NCBI GenBank assembly: GCA_021613535.1
Contig: CP075494.1
Location: 682,001 to 746,000 of the forward strand
Direction: 5' to 3'
Length of the DNA stretch: 64,000 bases
DNA from: Adineta vaga
Lineage: Eukaryota; Animalia; Rotifera
Below the pieces are notes generated by a model. It was not told the DNA's origin and did no database searches. It saw only the letters and a program-made list of their open reading frames with translations. The stretch's first letter is position 1. Every line of letters starts with the position of its first letter. The position numbers and the translations under genes are program-made. Positions 63,645 through 64,000 of the stretch are shown here, piece after piece.

Positions 63645-63725
63645 GGGTAGGTGTGGGTGTGAAATGAAAAGAGTACCTATACTCACACCACACCCTCACC
63701 CATCCATCCATCCATCCATCCTCAA
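63645..63725. repeat. Telomere-like palindromic element with (CATC)n
   Basis: tgggtaggtgtgggtgtg...cacaccctcacccatccatcc..ctcaa. Confidence 0.7.
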
Positions 63726-63806
63726 TATGGCTTAAAAATCCCATCAGTAACATTTTTGCTATATATTTATTGTAGATTGTTGTCGAATTTTATATTGAGT
63801 TAACAA

Positions 63807-64000
63807 ATGACTTCGCCATCGTTGACACCACCACAAGACTTCGTTCGAGATCTTGAGGATTTACAGCAGTTATGTGTTAAAATTCAAGAAAATATTGATA
63901 TAAAAAAGTTTAGAATCCAGAGAGAGGTGGATCAATTCACTGAAGAAGTGAAGCAATTGTTCGACAAAGGCTCGAAGGAAGAATCGAGCGGTTATTTGAA
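63807..64000 (+). CDS. 5' part of an unidentified gene running off the window
   Basis: ATG 63807 MTSPSLTPPQDFVRDLEDLQQLCVKIQ..., open to the window end; an acceptor-like ttgtag lies just upstream. Confidence 0.5.
   Translation, partial: MTSPSLTPPQDFVRDLEDLQQLCVKIQENIDIKKFRIQREVDQFTEEVKQLFDKGSKEESSGYL

Noticed and set aside
23681-63725. CRISPR array or integron attC interpretation of the palindromes
   Set aside because: Copies are dispersed, not regularly spaced; no cas or integrase gene; no RYYYAAC/GTTRRRY cores; eukaryotic context.

Overview
AT-rich eukaryotic DNA with many ~50-60 nt GT-AG introns. The gene content (intron-containing NRPS, NHL, F-box/LRR, FG-GAP and orphan GPCR families, bacterial-like genes) and dispersed TGTGGG repeats point to a bdelloid rotifer (inference). 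Positions 298-19718 hold one giant 20-exon non-ribosomal peptide synthetase gene. My hand-spliced CDS is 18051 nt (6016 aa + stop), in frame at every junction. Its architecture is C-C-A-T-C-C-A-T-C-A-T-C-A-T followed by a 6-TM/3x beta-helix terminal domain of the epsilon-poly-L-lysine synthetase (Pls) type, with no thioesterase. A P450 starts 150 bp downstream, and an SDR/UGT pair lies about 9 kb after that. The NRPS modules are near-identical duplicates except in the adenylation substrate pocket, which lies on a 331-nt exon in all four modules. The rest of the window is a mosaic of short genes and pseudogenes. These are punctuated about once per gene by 45-80 bp palindromes of the form TTGAGGG(TGTGGG)n-spacer-(CCCACA)nCCCTCAA, built from telomere-like hexamers. 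A TRIM-like mini LTR element and TIR elements are also present.
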